From positions 1,620,001 through 1,652,000 of the forward strand of contig NZ_CP060715.1 of NCBI RefSeq assembly GCF_014396165.1: a stretch of 32,000 nucleotides of DNA, in the 5' to 3' direction. This document shows positions 18,046-27,025 of this stretch, one piece after another. The stretch is from Erysipelothrix inopinata (GTDB taxonomy: Bacteria; Bacillota_I; Bacilli_A; Erysipelotrichales; Erysipelotrichaceae). The notes under the pieces were generated by a model that was given only the letters and a program-made list of their open reading frames with translations, did no database searches and was not told the DNA's origin. The position numbers and the translations under genes were made by a program. How positions within the stretch are numbered: the stretch's first letter is position 1; each line of letters begins with the position of its first letter.

Positions 18046-19404
18046 ATGATTACAAGTGAAGAAATATTTGAAACAAATGATATGATCGTCGAACAAAATT
18101 TCGATGTTAGAACGATTACAATGGGTATCAGTCTTATGGATTGTGTGTCAGACGATATCGATGTTCTAAATCAAAATATTTATAACAAGATAACAACGAA
18201 AGCTAAGAATCTTGTTGAAGTTGGAAATCAAATATCTAAAGAGTTTGGAATTCCAGTTGTCAATAAACGAATATCTATTACACCTATTGCTATTGTTGCA
18301 TCGGGATGTAAGGTGGATTCGTATTTATCGATTGCTCAAACCCTTGATAAAGCGGCAAAAGAAGTTGGCGTGGATTTTATTGGAGGATTCTCAGCACTCG
18401 TTGATAAGGGAATGACACCTTCTGATGAAACATTAATTCGTTCAATTCCTGAAGCACTTTCTAAGACAGATCGTGTTTGTGCGAGTGTTAACATCGGTTC
18501 AACACGCCACGGAATTAATATGGATGCCGTTAAACTGATGGGAGAGACAATTTTAGAAACTTCCGTGCAGTCTGTCGATCGCAATTGTATTGGTGCTGCG
18601 AAATTAGTGGTCTTCTGCAACTCAGTGAGTGACAATCCTTTTATGGCGGGTGCGTATCATGGTGTCAATGAAGGTGATTGTGTTATTAACGTTGGCGTAA
18701 GTGGGCCAGGAGTCGTCAAAACTGCTTTAGAGTCAGTACATGATAAAGATTTTGAAGCGTTATGTGAGACTATTAAAATTACGGCATTTAAAATTACGCG
18801 AGTTGGTCAATTAATAGCTTTAGAAGCTTCAAAACGTCTTGGAGTTCCTTTTGGCATTATTGATCTTTCATTAGCTCCAACTCCTGAAGTCGGCGACAGT
18901 ATTGGAGAAATTTTTCAAGAGATGGGACTCGAACAACCGGGTGCGCCAGGAACTACTCTTGCACTCGCAATGTTAAACGATTGTGTTAAAAAAGGCGGTA
19001 TTATGGCTTCTTCATCAGTAGGAGGCCTATCAGGTGCGTTTATTCCTGTAAGTGAAGATCATGCGATGATCCATGCTGTAGAAATAGGTGCACTAACCTT
19101 AGAAAAGCTTGAAGCAATGACATGTGTTTGTTCAGTAGGTCTCGATATGGTCGCTGTACCAGGTAATGTTTCGGCGACAACACTTGCGGGAATCATTGGT
19201 GATGAAGCTGCAATTGGAATGATTAATAATAAAACTACAGCAGTAAGAATTATTCCAGTAATCGGAAAAGATGTTGGAGATACAATAGAGTTTGGTGGCC
19301 TACTAGGATGGGCTCCAATTATGCCCGTAAACCGCTACAACAATGATGCATTTATTAATCGTGGTGGCAGAATTCCCGCTCCGGTTCACAGTTTTAAAAA
19401 TTAA
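18046..19404 (+). CDS. UPF0210 (DUF711) family protein
   Basis: 452 aa. '[15 protein letters not shown]' near the N-terminus and '[13 protein letters not shown]' fit the UPF0210 family as I recall it. Size is typical (~450 aa). Confidence 0.75.
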   Translation: MITSEEIFETNDMIVEQNFDVRTITMGISLMDCVSDDIDVLNQNIYNKITTKAKNLVEVGNQISKEFGIPVVNKRISITPIAIVASGCKVDSYLSIAQTLDKAAKEVGVDFIGGFSALVDKGMTPSDETLIRSIPEALSKTDRVCASVNIGSTRHGINMDAVKLMGETILETSVQSVDRNCIGAAKLVVFCNSVSDNPFMAGAYHGVNEGDCVINVGVSGPGVVKTALESVHDKDFEALCETIKITAFKITRVGQLIALEASKRLGVPFGIIDLSLAPTPEVGDSIGEIFQEMGLEQPGAPGTTLALAMLNDCVKKGGIMASSSVGGLSGAFIPVSEDHAMIHAVEIGALTLEKLEAMTCVCSVGLDMVAVPGNVSATTLAGIIGDEAAIGMINNKTTAVRIIPVIGKDVGDTIEFGGLLGWAPIMPVNRYNNDAFINRGGRIPAPVHSFKN

Positions 19405-19421
19405 GAATAGAGGTATTTGAT

Positions 19422-19787
19422 ATGATGATGAATAACAGTTTTATGGACCACAATAATATTTCAGTTGTGGAAGCAGGTATTGATAAAGCAAGTGTACGTG
19501 TAGATTATAATGCGAATGCTACAAATTATTATGATTACTTTCATGGTGGCGTCTATTTCACTATTTCTGATTCTGCAGCAGGTATTGCAGCGCGCAGTAA
19601 TGGTGATAAATATGTAACCTTGAATGCAAACATCAACTTTATGAAAGCAGTCAATTCAGGTTATATTATAGCGAACGCTAAAGTCGTGAGTCGAACAAAT
19701 AAGATTTGTGTAGTTGAAGTAGAAGTTGTCGATGATAAAGAGCAAGTCGTAAACACAGGAACATATACTATGTATAAAATTAAATAG
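19422..19787 (+). CDS. PaaI-family hotdog-fold thioesterase
   Basis: 121 aa. 'YFHGGVYFTISDSAAGIAA' matches the PaaI/YbgC-type motif. Confidence 0.7.
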   Translation: MMMNNSFMDHNNISVVEAGIDKASVRVDYNANATNYYDYFHGGVYFTISDSAAGIAARSNGDKYVTLNANINFMKAVNSGYIIANAKVVSRTNKICVVEVEVVDDKEQVVNTGTYTMYKIK

Positions 19788-19808
19788 GAGCGATGCTTCT
19801 ATTTTTTT
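19785..19808 (+). terminator. Weak candidate terminator
   Basis: Short stem taggagc / gcttcta (one G-U pair), loop gat, then T7. Confidence 0.4.
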
Positions 19809-19887
19809 ATACCGAATATGTGAATATTGATGTAAGGGGTTACTTCAATGGTGCTAATTCCGTATAATTATTATAGGAGGAACATTT

Positions 19888-21381
19888 ATGGATAAAATAC
19901 TGAATAAAGTACTTAGTGCTTTTATTGTATTTATTGTATTGGTAAGCAGTGTAGTTACTGCTTCTGCCGCAACCGATAGTGGTTATGTTCTGCTAGCGCA
20001 TATGAGTGATAAGGCTGTTTCAGTTGGAACAAAGGTTAAGCCAGGTACTGTTTTGGGGACTATGGGAATGACAGGTAATGCAACTGTCGAGCATGTTCAT
20101 GTGGAATATACATTAACATCGAATAATGAAAAACATAATAGATTAGATCCTAAGAAATACATTAATATCTATCAAACTTTAGATAAACCATCAAAAATCC
20201 TATGTGATGTAGGTTGTTATACGGGTCATAAAGGAGTAGATATGATTCCAAGCGATGGCTCCTATTCAGCTAAAGTCATATCTCCGGTAAATGGTGTTGT
20301 TGTAGAATCAGGAGTTCAAAAAGCGGGGTGGGGTAATTATGTCCGTATTAGAATTGAAGGAAGTACCACTCCCAAACCAGATAATATAGTTTGGGCGCCA
20401 GGCTACTTTTCGGTTACGGAATTAGGATCAACAGTCCAACTATCACCAAGTGAGTCAGGAAAAGTTGTTCGAAAGTATAAAAAGGACTATGTGGGTCAAT
20501 ATGATGGCTACATTGATACTAATGGATACCGTTGGCTAACATGGACTGAAGGAAACCAACGCGTATACATGGCACAATATGTATTAAATTGGTCATCTGT
20601 TTATGCGGATGCTGCAGGGGTGAAAAAAGTTAACGAAACTTCTGAAACTGGATATTTCACAGTCTCAAAAATCGGTGCAGGCGTACAAGTAATGCCGAGT
20701 GAAAAAGGAAAGTTTGTACGTAAATATCAAGAAGGATATGTTGGACAATATGACGGGTACTTTGATGCAAATGGGTATCGTTGGCTTACTTGGAAAGAAG
20801 GGGATCAACGAGTTTATATGGCCCTATACTCTCTTGATTGGTCATCTATCTATGCAGATGCCGCTGGAGTGAAAAAAGTCAATGAAACAACTGAAACAGG
20901 CTACTTTACAGTGACAAAAATTGGTGCCGGAGTTCAAGTGGTCCCAAGTGAAAAAGGAAAGTTTGTACGTAAATATCAAGAAGGATATGTTGGACAATAT
21001 GATGGATACTTTGATGCAAATGGATATCGTTGGCTTACTTGGAAAGAAGGAAATCAACGAGTTTATATGGCCCTATACTCTCTTGATTGGTCATCTATCT
21101 ATGCAGATGCTGCGGGTGTGAAAAAAACAAATGAAGTAACTGAAAACGGAACTTTCACTGTAACGAAGCTCGGAGCTGGAGTTCAAGTAGTGCCTAGTGA
21201 GAAAGGTCAATTTGTTAGACGATATCAAGAAGGTCAAGAAGGTCAGTATGATGGGTATTTTGATGCGAATGGCTATCGATGGGTGACCTGGAAAGAAGGA
21301 GATCGTAGAGTGTATATGGCAATTCACGTCATCAATGATAGCAATACGATTTATGCTAAAATAAGAAAAAATCCAAATTAA
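19888..21381 (+). CDS. Secreted M23-family peptidase (motif order permuted) with four SH3b (SH3_5-like) cell-wall-binding repeats
   Basis: 497 aa. Signal peptide ends ...VTASA/A. 'GMTGNATVEHVHVEY' (HxH) comes before 'GCYTGHKGVDM' (HxxxD) and 'GWGNYVRI'. Four ~83-aa repeats, 'YDGYFDANGYRWLTWKEGDQRVYMALY', resemble the lysostaphin SH3_5 domain. Confidence 0.8.
   Translation: MDKILNKVLSAFIVFIVLVSSVVTASAATDSGYVLLAHMSDKAVSVGTKVKPGTVLGTMGMTGNATVEHVHVEYTLTSNNEKHNRLDPKKYINIYQTLDKPSKILCDVGCYTGHKGVDMIPSDGSYSAKVISPVNGVVVESGVQKAGWGNYVRIRIEGSTTPKPDNIVWAPGYFSVTELGSTVQLSPSESGKVVRKYKKDYVGQYDGYIDTNGYRWLTWTEGNQRVYMAQYVLNWSSVYADAAGVKKVNETSETGYFTVSKIGAGVQVMPSEKGKFVRKYQEGYVGQYDGYFDANGYRWLTWKEGDQRVYMALYSLDWSSIYADAAGVKKVNETTETGYFTVTKIGAGVQVVPSEKGKFVRKYQEGYVGQYDGYFDANGYRWLTWKEGNQRVYMALYSLDWSSIYADAAGVKKTNEVTENGTFTVTKLGAGVQVVPSEKGQFVRRYQEGQEGQYDGYFDANGYRWVTWKEGDRRVYMAIHVINDSNTIYAKIRKNPN
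20401..21378 (+). repeat. Tandem in-frame 249-bp repeats, three full units and a shorter last one
   Basis: Units start at 20401, 20650, 20899 and 21148. Units 2 and 3 share identical runs of 56 nt (20698-20753 = 20947-21002) and 58 nt (20804-20861 = 21053-21110). Confidence 0.9.
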
Positions 21382-21394
21382 TATTCAATAATAT

Positions 21395-21430
21395 AAAACC
21401 ATCATTCAGAAGAGCGATGGTTTTATGTTT
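21395..21430 (+). terminator. Rho-independent terminator
   Basis: Stem aaaaccatc / gatggtttt, 12-nt loop, T-rich tail. Confidence 0.65.
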
Positions 21431-21452
21431 TCACAATTTACACACATATAAC

Positions 21453-21500
21453 TTGTATTTTCTGTTCAATAACGGTAAAATATGCGTAATGTTGAACAGA
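21453..21500 (+). promoter_or_regulatory. Candidate promoter (TTGTAT-17-TAAAAT) bracketed by an inverted repeat
   Basis: -35 at 21453-21458 and -10 at 21476-21481. Inverted repeat CTGTTCAA (21462-21469) / TTGAACAG (21492-21499). Confidence 0.35.
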
Positions 21501-21513
21501 CTGGAGAATCTCA

Positions 21514-22512
21514 ATGAAAGCAGAAACAATAAAAGAATATCTGAAAAAGAACAATAATACGATTGAAAATTTTTTCGAAAGTAGTGATGACTTTAATGAA
21601 GTAACAACTACATCAAACTTTTTTATAGATGGGTATGAGAACTTTTTCAACAATATTAAAAAGGTAATCAAACATGATGTCAGTGAAATTAGTGATGTAG
21701 CGTTTGTAAATGATGGGTTAACAAACCGATCATTTCGTTTTAAAGTAGAAGATAAGTACTATATTTATCGTCATCCTGGAGTAGGTACAGATGAATATAT
21801 TCACCGTGAAGGTGAAGCATTTGCTGAAAAAATTGCAGCGAAGTATGGCCTTGATGATACCTTTATTTTTGTGGATCCTGTAGAAGGATGGAAAGTTTCT
21901 TATTATATTATGGATTCTCATACACTAGACTATAATAATGAAACAGAAGTAACAACTGCACTCCAAGCAATTAAACGTTTCCATGATTTACAAATCAAAG
22001 GAGATTTTGATTTCGGTATCTGGGAAAGAGCTCTTGAATTCCATGGTAAAATTAACCATCTTGGAGAGCAACAATTTAATGATTACTATGAATTAAATGA
22101 AAAAATGTCGCGTGTCTACGAACTTGTTGAGTCGGATGGTGTCGAAGCTGTCTTATGTCATTGTGATTTCTATGACCCTAACATTTTATTTAAAGATGGT
22201 CGTATGTATCTCATTGATTGGGAATATGCAGGAAATGATGATCCGGCATGTGATCTCGGTACATTTATTGCTTGCTCTGAATATACCTTGGATGATGCAA
22301 ATCGTATCTTTGATATTTATGAGGGAGAAACGATGTCTGATGAACGCCGTCGACACTTCTTTGGTTATGTAGCCTTGTCATCTTACTATTGGTTCGAATG
22401 GGCAATTTTCCAAGAATCAAATGGATCGATGGTTGGTCACTACTTAAAACTTTGGTATGACTATTCTCATAAGTATGCGAATCATACTCTAGAATTGTAT
22501 GGTGATCGTTAA
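21514..22512 (+). CDS. Choline/ethanolamine kinase (LicA-like)
   Basis: 332 aa. 'NRSFRF', 'CHCDFYDPNILF' (HxDxxxxN) and 'IDWEYAGNDDPACDL' are choline-kinase motifs. Stop TAA overlaps the next ATG (TAATG). Confidence 0.8.
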   Translation: MKAETIKEYLKKNNNTIENFFESSDDFNEVTTTSNFFIDGYENFFNNIKKVIKHDVSEISDVAFVNDGLTNRSFRFKVEDKYYIYRHPGVGTDEYIHREGEAFAEKIAAKYGLDDTFIFVDPVEGWKVSYYIMDSHTLDYNNETEVTTALQAIKRFHDLQIKGDFDFGIWERALEFHGKINHLGEQQFNDYYELNEKMSRVYELVESDGVEAVLCHCDFYDPNILFKDGRMYLIDWEYAGNDDPACDLGTFIACSEYTLDDANRIFDIYEGETMSDERRRHFFGYVALSSYYWFEWAIFQESNGSMVGHYLKLWYDYSHKYANHTLELYGDR

Positions 22513-23693
22513 TGATAATTGTAAGTAAAGTTATTATTTATATTATTATGGCTTGTGCAGCGGCGGGATGTATTGCATCAATTGTGAAACCTGAATCTGA
22601 GCTTGGCCAACAATTCATGGAAGGTATCAATGCAATTGGAAGTATTTTTCTTCCTGTTGCAGGGATTATGGCATCGCTGCCTATTCTATCAAAACTAGTA
22701 ACTGTTGGTATTGGGCCTGTATTTAAACTCTTCGGAGCAGATCCTGCAATTGCAGCGACAACTTTACTTGCTGTAGATATGGGTGGATATCAACTTGCGG
22801 AATCTTTAGCACAAACTAAAGAAGCATGGATTATTGCTACGATAACGGGTTACATGGCTGGAGCTACAATTGTATTCAGTTTACCCATAGCCTTAAAGAT
22901 TGTTAAAGAGAAATTCCATAAACAACTGTCTTTAGGTATGATGATTGGTTTTATTACCATTCCTGTGGGAGTTTTCATTTCATGTATCATGATTATGATC
23001 ACAAATCCTGCAATTCGTGAGGTTGTCTCAACAGATCCAAATGCAGCAACTGTCGTCCTTTCAATGACGTTCCAACAAATCATCATCAATCTCATTCCTC
23101 TCATAATCGTATGTTCATTACTTGCATTCGGCTTATGGAAGAATTCAAATGTTATGATTCGGGGGTTTCAAGCATTTGGTAAATTCGTAGATGCTTTTAC
23201 AAAAATCGTATTTACATTAGTAGTTATTGAATACTTTACTTCAGTATTCTCGACGTTGTTTGGTGGATGGATTTTCGATCCAATCATTGCTGACTCTATT
23301 GATCAAAATAGAGCATTAGAAGTAGCCGGTTATATTGGTATGATGTTATGTGGGGCATTCCCAATGGTTTATCTCATTCAAAAATTCGCATCCAAGCCAA
23401 TTGAGAAAATGAGTGAAAAAATGAATCTTTCTAGTAATTTCGCTACAGGAATTCTTGCTGCTACTACAAACGTGATCGCTTTGTTCTCAATGATTGATGA
23501 TTCAATGGACGATCGTGATATTGTATCACTTATTGGATTCTCGGTCTGTGGAGCATTCCTTATTGGTGACCACTTAGCATTTACTGCAAACTTTCAACCG
23601 AACCTTATTGTCCCTGTAATGCTTGGCAAATTAGGTGCAGGTATCTTAGCAGTGGTAATTGCTCGCAAATTTGTTAAGGGTCAACTACAATAG
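22512..23693 (+). CDS. eutH: EutH-family ethanolamine permease
   Basis: 393 aa polytopic protein. 'LLAVDMGGYQLAESLA' matches E. coli EutH 'LLACDMGGFFLAKELA', and 'GDHLAFTANF' matches 'GDHLGFAAAN'. Confidence 0.85.
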   Translation: MIIVSKVIIYIIMACAAAGCIASIVKPESELGQQFMEGINAIGSIFLPVAGIMASLPILSKLVTVGIGPVFKLFGADPAIAATTLLAVDMGGYQLAESLAQTKEAWIIATITGYMAGATIVFSLPIALKIVKEKFHKQLSLGMMIGFITIPVGVFISCIMIMITNPAIREVVSTDPNAATVVLSMTFQQIIINLIPLIIVCSLLAFGLWKNSNVMIRGFQAFGKFVDAFTKIVFTLVVIEYFTSVFSTLFGGWIFDPIIADSIDQNRALEVAGYIGMMLCGAFPMVYLIQKFASKPIEKMSEKMNLSSNFATGILAATTNVIALFSMIDDSMDDRDIVSLIGFSVCGAFLIGDHLAFTANFQPNLIVPVMLGKLGAGILAVVIARKFVKGQLQ

Positions 23694-23713
23694 AATCATA
23701 GGAGGTATTCTTT

Positions 23714-24034
23714 ATGAATGTTATATTTCATTTATCAGAATCCGAACGATTTGATCATTGTTATGCTAATATTATTAATTTGATTAAATTACAAAGTGAT
23801 GTTGAAACCATTGAACTTTTAGTCAATGGAGAAGCGATTAACCTTTTAAGACGTGGAAACAATGATAGGATTGCTAAGCTTATTCCTAGTGTTCATGTAG
23901 TGGCTTGTAATAATGCCATGATAGCACATCAAATTAGTGAAGAAGACCTTGTAGAGGGCGTTAACGTCGTTCCTGCGGGTGTCTATGAGTTGGTTAAGAA
24001 ACAAAACGAAGGATATGCTTATATTAAACCTTAA
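23714..24034 (+). CDS. DsrE/DsrF-like family small protein
   Basis: 106 aa. 'MNVIFHLSE...ELLVNGEAINLL...VVACNNAM' follows the DsrE-like pattern (COG1416-type). GGAGG RBS upstream. Confidence 0.55.
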   Translation: MNVIFHLSESERFDHCYANIINLIKLQSDVETIELLVNGEAINLLRRGNNDRIAKLIPSVHVVACNNAMIAHQISEEDLVEGVNVVPAGVYELVKKQNEGYAYIKP

Positions 24035-24059
24035 AAACGCGATCACTCGCGTTTTTTTT
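24033..24059 (+). terminator. Rho-independent terminator
   Basis: Stem aaaaacgcga / tcgcgttttt, loop tcac, T8. Confidence 0.85.
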
Positions 24060-24123
24060 CACATGTATTTCAATATTTTTATAGATGTAGATGTTATAAT
24101 TTAAGAAAAGGAGGAAGTATAGT

Positions 24124-24969
24124 ATGAAACGATTGATTAGCTTTTCTCTAGTGCTTATGATTGTATTGGTTGGATGTTCTAAAAAGGAACCGGAAGAAAC
24201 AAAAGAACCTGAAAAACCAAAACCTACTGTTGTCACAAAGATTAATCCAGACAAGGATTATGTTTACGTCGAATCAGTACGAACTGAAAAGAATTCAGAT
24301 CCAGATATCGACTATGATAAGTTTATGTGGGACACTTATTTTTATAGAAACGGTAATCGTGTCGAAGGTGTTCCTTTTCCAGAAATATTAAAATCCAAAA
24401 CTGTATTTAGTCTGGATAAAGTAATTTTAAACTTCAAAGAAGGAGATTCCGATAAATTTAATCAGCAATTTGCAAAAGATATAGAAGATTTGCTTGCAAA
24501 AGAAAAAGAATATCCTGATGTGGGTTATACATATTTATTAGCTGATTATGCTGAGACGAATAATACTATCTCAGTTATGATACGAGAAATTGCTCTCCCT
24601 AGAATCGTTGGCGAGGGTATCTCAAACAACACTAAATCTTATGTTTTTAGTAAAGAAACTGGAAAACTATTATCACCAGAGGAAATACTAGATGTCATAT
24701 CAATTTCAAAAGATAATATCTATACCAATTTAGACAAAAATTCTTATCATAGAGCTTATGATTCAGATCAAGATAAAGTTAGAATTATGAAAACTAAATC
24801 TGAATGTAGTATTGAAGGCGTTTATAAGCGTTGTGAGTTTCCAAGATATGAAGAGGGACTGTTCATTACAAAAGATAACAAGCTTATTTATATCACGGAG
24901 GAATGGAGTCTAGCAGGACAGGGATTGAACCCCGAAATTCCAACAATTAGTTCTTATCTTTACAAATGA
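24124..24969 (+). CDS. Lipoprotein of unknown function (paralog A)
   Basis: Lipobox 'LVGC' in MKRLISFSLVLMIVLVGCSKKEPEE. AGGAGGAAG RBS upstream. Paralogous to the next gene. Confidence 0.7.
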   Translation: MKRLISFSLVLMIVLVGCSKKEPEETKEPEKPKPTVVTKINPDKDYVYVESVRTEKNSDPDIDYDKFMWDTYFYRNGNRVEGVPFPEILKSKTVFSLDKVILNFKEGDSDKFNQQFAKDIEDLLAKEKEYPDVGYTYLLADYAETNNTISVMIREIALPRIVGEGISNNTKSYVFSKETGKLLSPEEILDVISISKDNIYTNLDKNSYHRAYDSDQDKVRIMKTKSECSIEGVYKRCEFPRYEEGLFITKDNKLIYITEEWSLAGQGLNPEIPTISSYLYK

Positions 24970-24991
24970 GTTCTAAAATACAATAACATGC

Positions 24992-25027
24992 CAAAGGCTG
25001 ACAAAATTGAAGTTGGCCTTTGTTTTT
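24992..25027 (+). terminator. Candidate terminator (large loop)
   Basis: Stem caaaggc (24992-24998) / gcctttg (25016-25022), then T5. Confidence 0.45.
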
Positions 25028-25085
25028 CTTTGCTGAAATTTTGTAAGGTCTTCATGGTATAATGAAAAAAAGGGGGAAGTTTATT

Positions 25086-25913
25086 ATGAAACGACGGATT
25101 GGCTTTTTTCTAGTGCTTATGATTTTACTGGTTGGATGTTCTAAAAAAGAACCAGAGGAGACGAAAGAACCCGAAGATCCAAAACCTACTGTTGTTGAAA
25201 AGATTGATGAATCTAAAGATTACATTTATAGTGAAGTGATTAGAGACGGTAAGACTTTAGAGGGAATCCAGATTGATAAGATTACGGAAGAGAATAGGAA
25301 AGAAAAAACTCCAGATTATTTACCTAAACTTTTAGCTGGAAAAACAAACTACACACTTGAAAAAATAATCTTTAACTTTAAGAGCACCAGTTCTAAGATT
25401 CAAGGAGAAAATTACTCTGTTTTAATCGACACATATCTTGAAGAAGAGGAAAAATTTCCGCAAACTGCACATACTTTTGTAGTTGCAGACTACGCCGAAA
25501 CTGATGATACTATTTCTATAATAATTCGTGATGAATATTTAGCACTTCATAACGGAGAAGGTATCAAATCATCCTACAGTGCTTTAGTTTTCAATAAAAA
25601 AACAGGTGATTTAATGACAAATGAAGAAATACTGGCTCATTTTAATTTGAAAAATGATGATATAACATCAAGTTTATTGTATAAATCAGTTTCTAAAAAG
25701 CAGGATACTGACACAATTAAAACATTAATTGCTCAAAAATACTCCGAATGCAATCCTGGAGGAGCGTTTCAAAAATGCGAATACCCACGTGAAGAAAAAG
25801 CATACTTCATTACAAAAGACAATAAACTCGTCTATATGACAGAAGGATGGAATAACTACGAAGAAGCCATAAATTTCACCATTCCATTTTCCTATATCTA
25901 TAGATTTGAATAG
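25086..25913 (+). CDS. Lipoprotein of unknown function (paralog B)
   Basis: I prefer ATG 25086 (GGGGGAAG RBS 7 nt upstream), giving MKRRIGFFLVLMILLVGCSKKEPEE, colinear with paralog A. The track start at 25062 lacks an RBS. Confidence 0.7.
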   Translation: MKRRIGFFLVLMILLVGCSKKEPEETKEPEDPKPTVVEKIDESKDYIYSEVIRDGKTLEGIQIDKITEENRKEKTPDYLPKLLAGKTNYTLEKIIFNFKSTSSKIQGENYSVLIDTYLEEEEKFPQTAHTFVVADYAETDDTISIIIRDEYLALHNGEGIKSSYSALVFNKKTGDLMTNEEILAHFNLKNDDITSSLLYKSVSKKQDTDTIKTLIAQKYSECNPGGAFQKCEYPREEKAYFITKDNKLVYMTEGWNNYEEAINFTIPFSYIYRFE

Positions 25914-25943
25914 ATTAAACAATCTAAATTTCAAGTCCAACAT

Positions 25944-25974
25944 AAAAGACTGACTTTCTATAAGTCAGTCTTTA
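25944..25974. terminator. Bidirectional terminator between convergent genes
   Basis: 12-bp stem aaagactgactt / aagtcagtcttt with A/T runs on both sides. Lies between stops at 25913 (+) and 25977 (-). Confidence 0.7.
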
Positions 25975-25976
25975 CA

Positions 25977-27023
25977 TTAGTCTGAGTATTTCTTAAATAT
26001 CAAGAATGAGGGGAACTTGGGCGAGAATGCCGTTGATTTGGGCGGCATGACTGCTTCTCTGTTGGTAATAAAGAGAAACTCTTCCATTGTAATTGGAGCC
26101 ATCTCGATCAATACAGCATCTTTGTTGTGCTGGAAATTTTTCTGACACTGGTCGGGGCAAATGTAATAATCAAGCAAACTAGTATCAAAAATTCCAAATG
26201 CTTGTGATAGAATTTGGGTGTTTAATCGATAAACATCATTATTCCAAAATGCATCCGATTCAAGATCAATTAAATTCACAACATAAGAGTGCTCACGATA
26301 TGTGATCCGGAGTTGTCCTTTTGTTATTGGTTCAGAAGTCTCAACACATTTAAACTGACTCTTTATAAATTTATCAGCCCTTTCGAAGTGTTCAATGGGA
26401 ACGTTAGGGAGAATTCGATTAATAGGATGAATATTAGCATCTTCTGTCTGTACAATGCAACTAAATACTGTTGATTTTCTACCTAATAATGAACTTGTAT
26501 AAAGACGGTGATGGCCATCTGCCACAGTTAATTTAGGTATTTTCTTTAAATCTTTATGGATGATATTTGCAGATTCTCCTGTAAAAATATGTAGAATGTA
26601 AGAATCTACATTAACGGAATCGTGTTCTAAATCACTAAGATATTTTTTAAAATTAATTTTCGATTCGCTAAGTAATAAAACAGGTGCTGCTTCAGCGTTA
26701 TACAGTTTAACATTACTTAACATACCTTGAACAGTATCGGGTAAGATCAATTCATGGGTAATTATTTTCCTATTAAGGTAATCATCAACAGAAACATCAC
26801 AAATGAGACTAAAGTTGCCGTTATGTTCACTAATATAGATAACATCTGAATATGCTGCAATTTCTTGTGCGTTTAGAAAATCCTTTTTTTCCTTACTTAA
26901 AAAACGTGTGCGTTGATCAAATGCTAGACAATCGTCGTTAATAATTGCAAGGTTAATAAAATCAGGATCATAGATATTGCCACTAATATTGATATAGCTC
27001 TTCTTAATGGGTTTAATATTCAT
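25977..27023 (-). CDS. DUF1015-like protein (ParB/sulfiredoxin-fold superfamily), function unknown
   Basis: 348 aa. 'LTVADGHHRLYTS' followed by 'IHPINRIL' matches my recollection of DUF1015 signature blocks (xDGHHR ... HR). Its start is 2 nt after the upstream stop. Confidence 0.55.
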   Translation of the reverse strand: MNIKPIKKSYINISGNIYDPDFINLAIINDDCLAFDQRTRFLSKEKKDFLNAQEIAAYSDVIYISEHNGNFSLICDVSVDDYLNRKIITHELILPDTVQGMLSNVKLYNAEAAPVLLLSESKINFKKYLSDLEHDSVNVDSYILHIFTGESANIIHKDLKKIPKLTVADGHHRLYTSSLLGRKSTVFSCIVQTEDANIHPINRILPNVPIEHFERADKFIKSQFKCVETSEPITKGQLRITYREHSYVVNLIDLESDAFWNNDVYRLNTQILSQAFGIFDTSLLDYYICPDQCQKNFQHNKDAVLIEMAPITMEEFLFITNREAVMPPKSTAFSPKFPSFLIFKKYSD

Positions 27024-27025
27024 AA

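Noticed and set aside
20842-21327. Antisense and out-of-frame ORFs within the SH3b repeat region (20842-21057, 20921-21121, 21091-21327)
   Set aside because: They recur because the underlying DNA is repeated. All lie inside a strongly supported CDS.
25062-25085. Upstream start for lipoprotein paralog B
   Set aside because: It has no RBS. ATG 25086 has one and gives a signal peptide colinear with paralog A.
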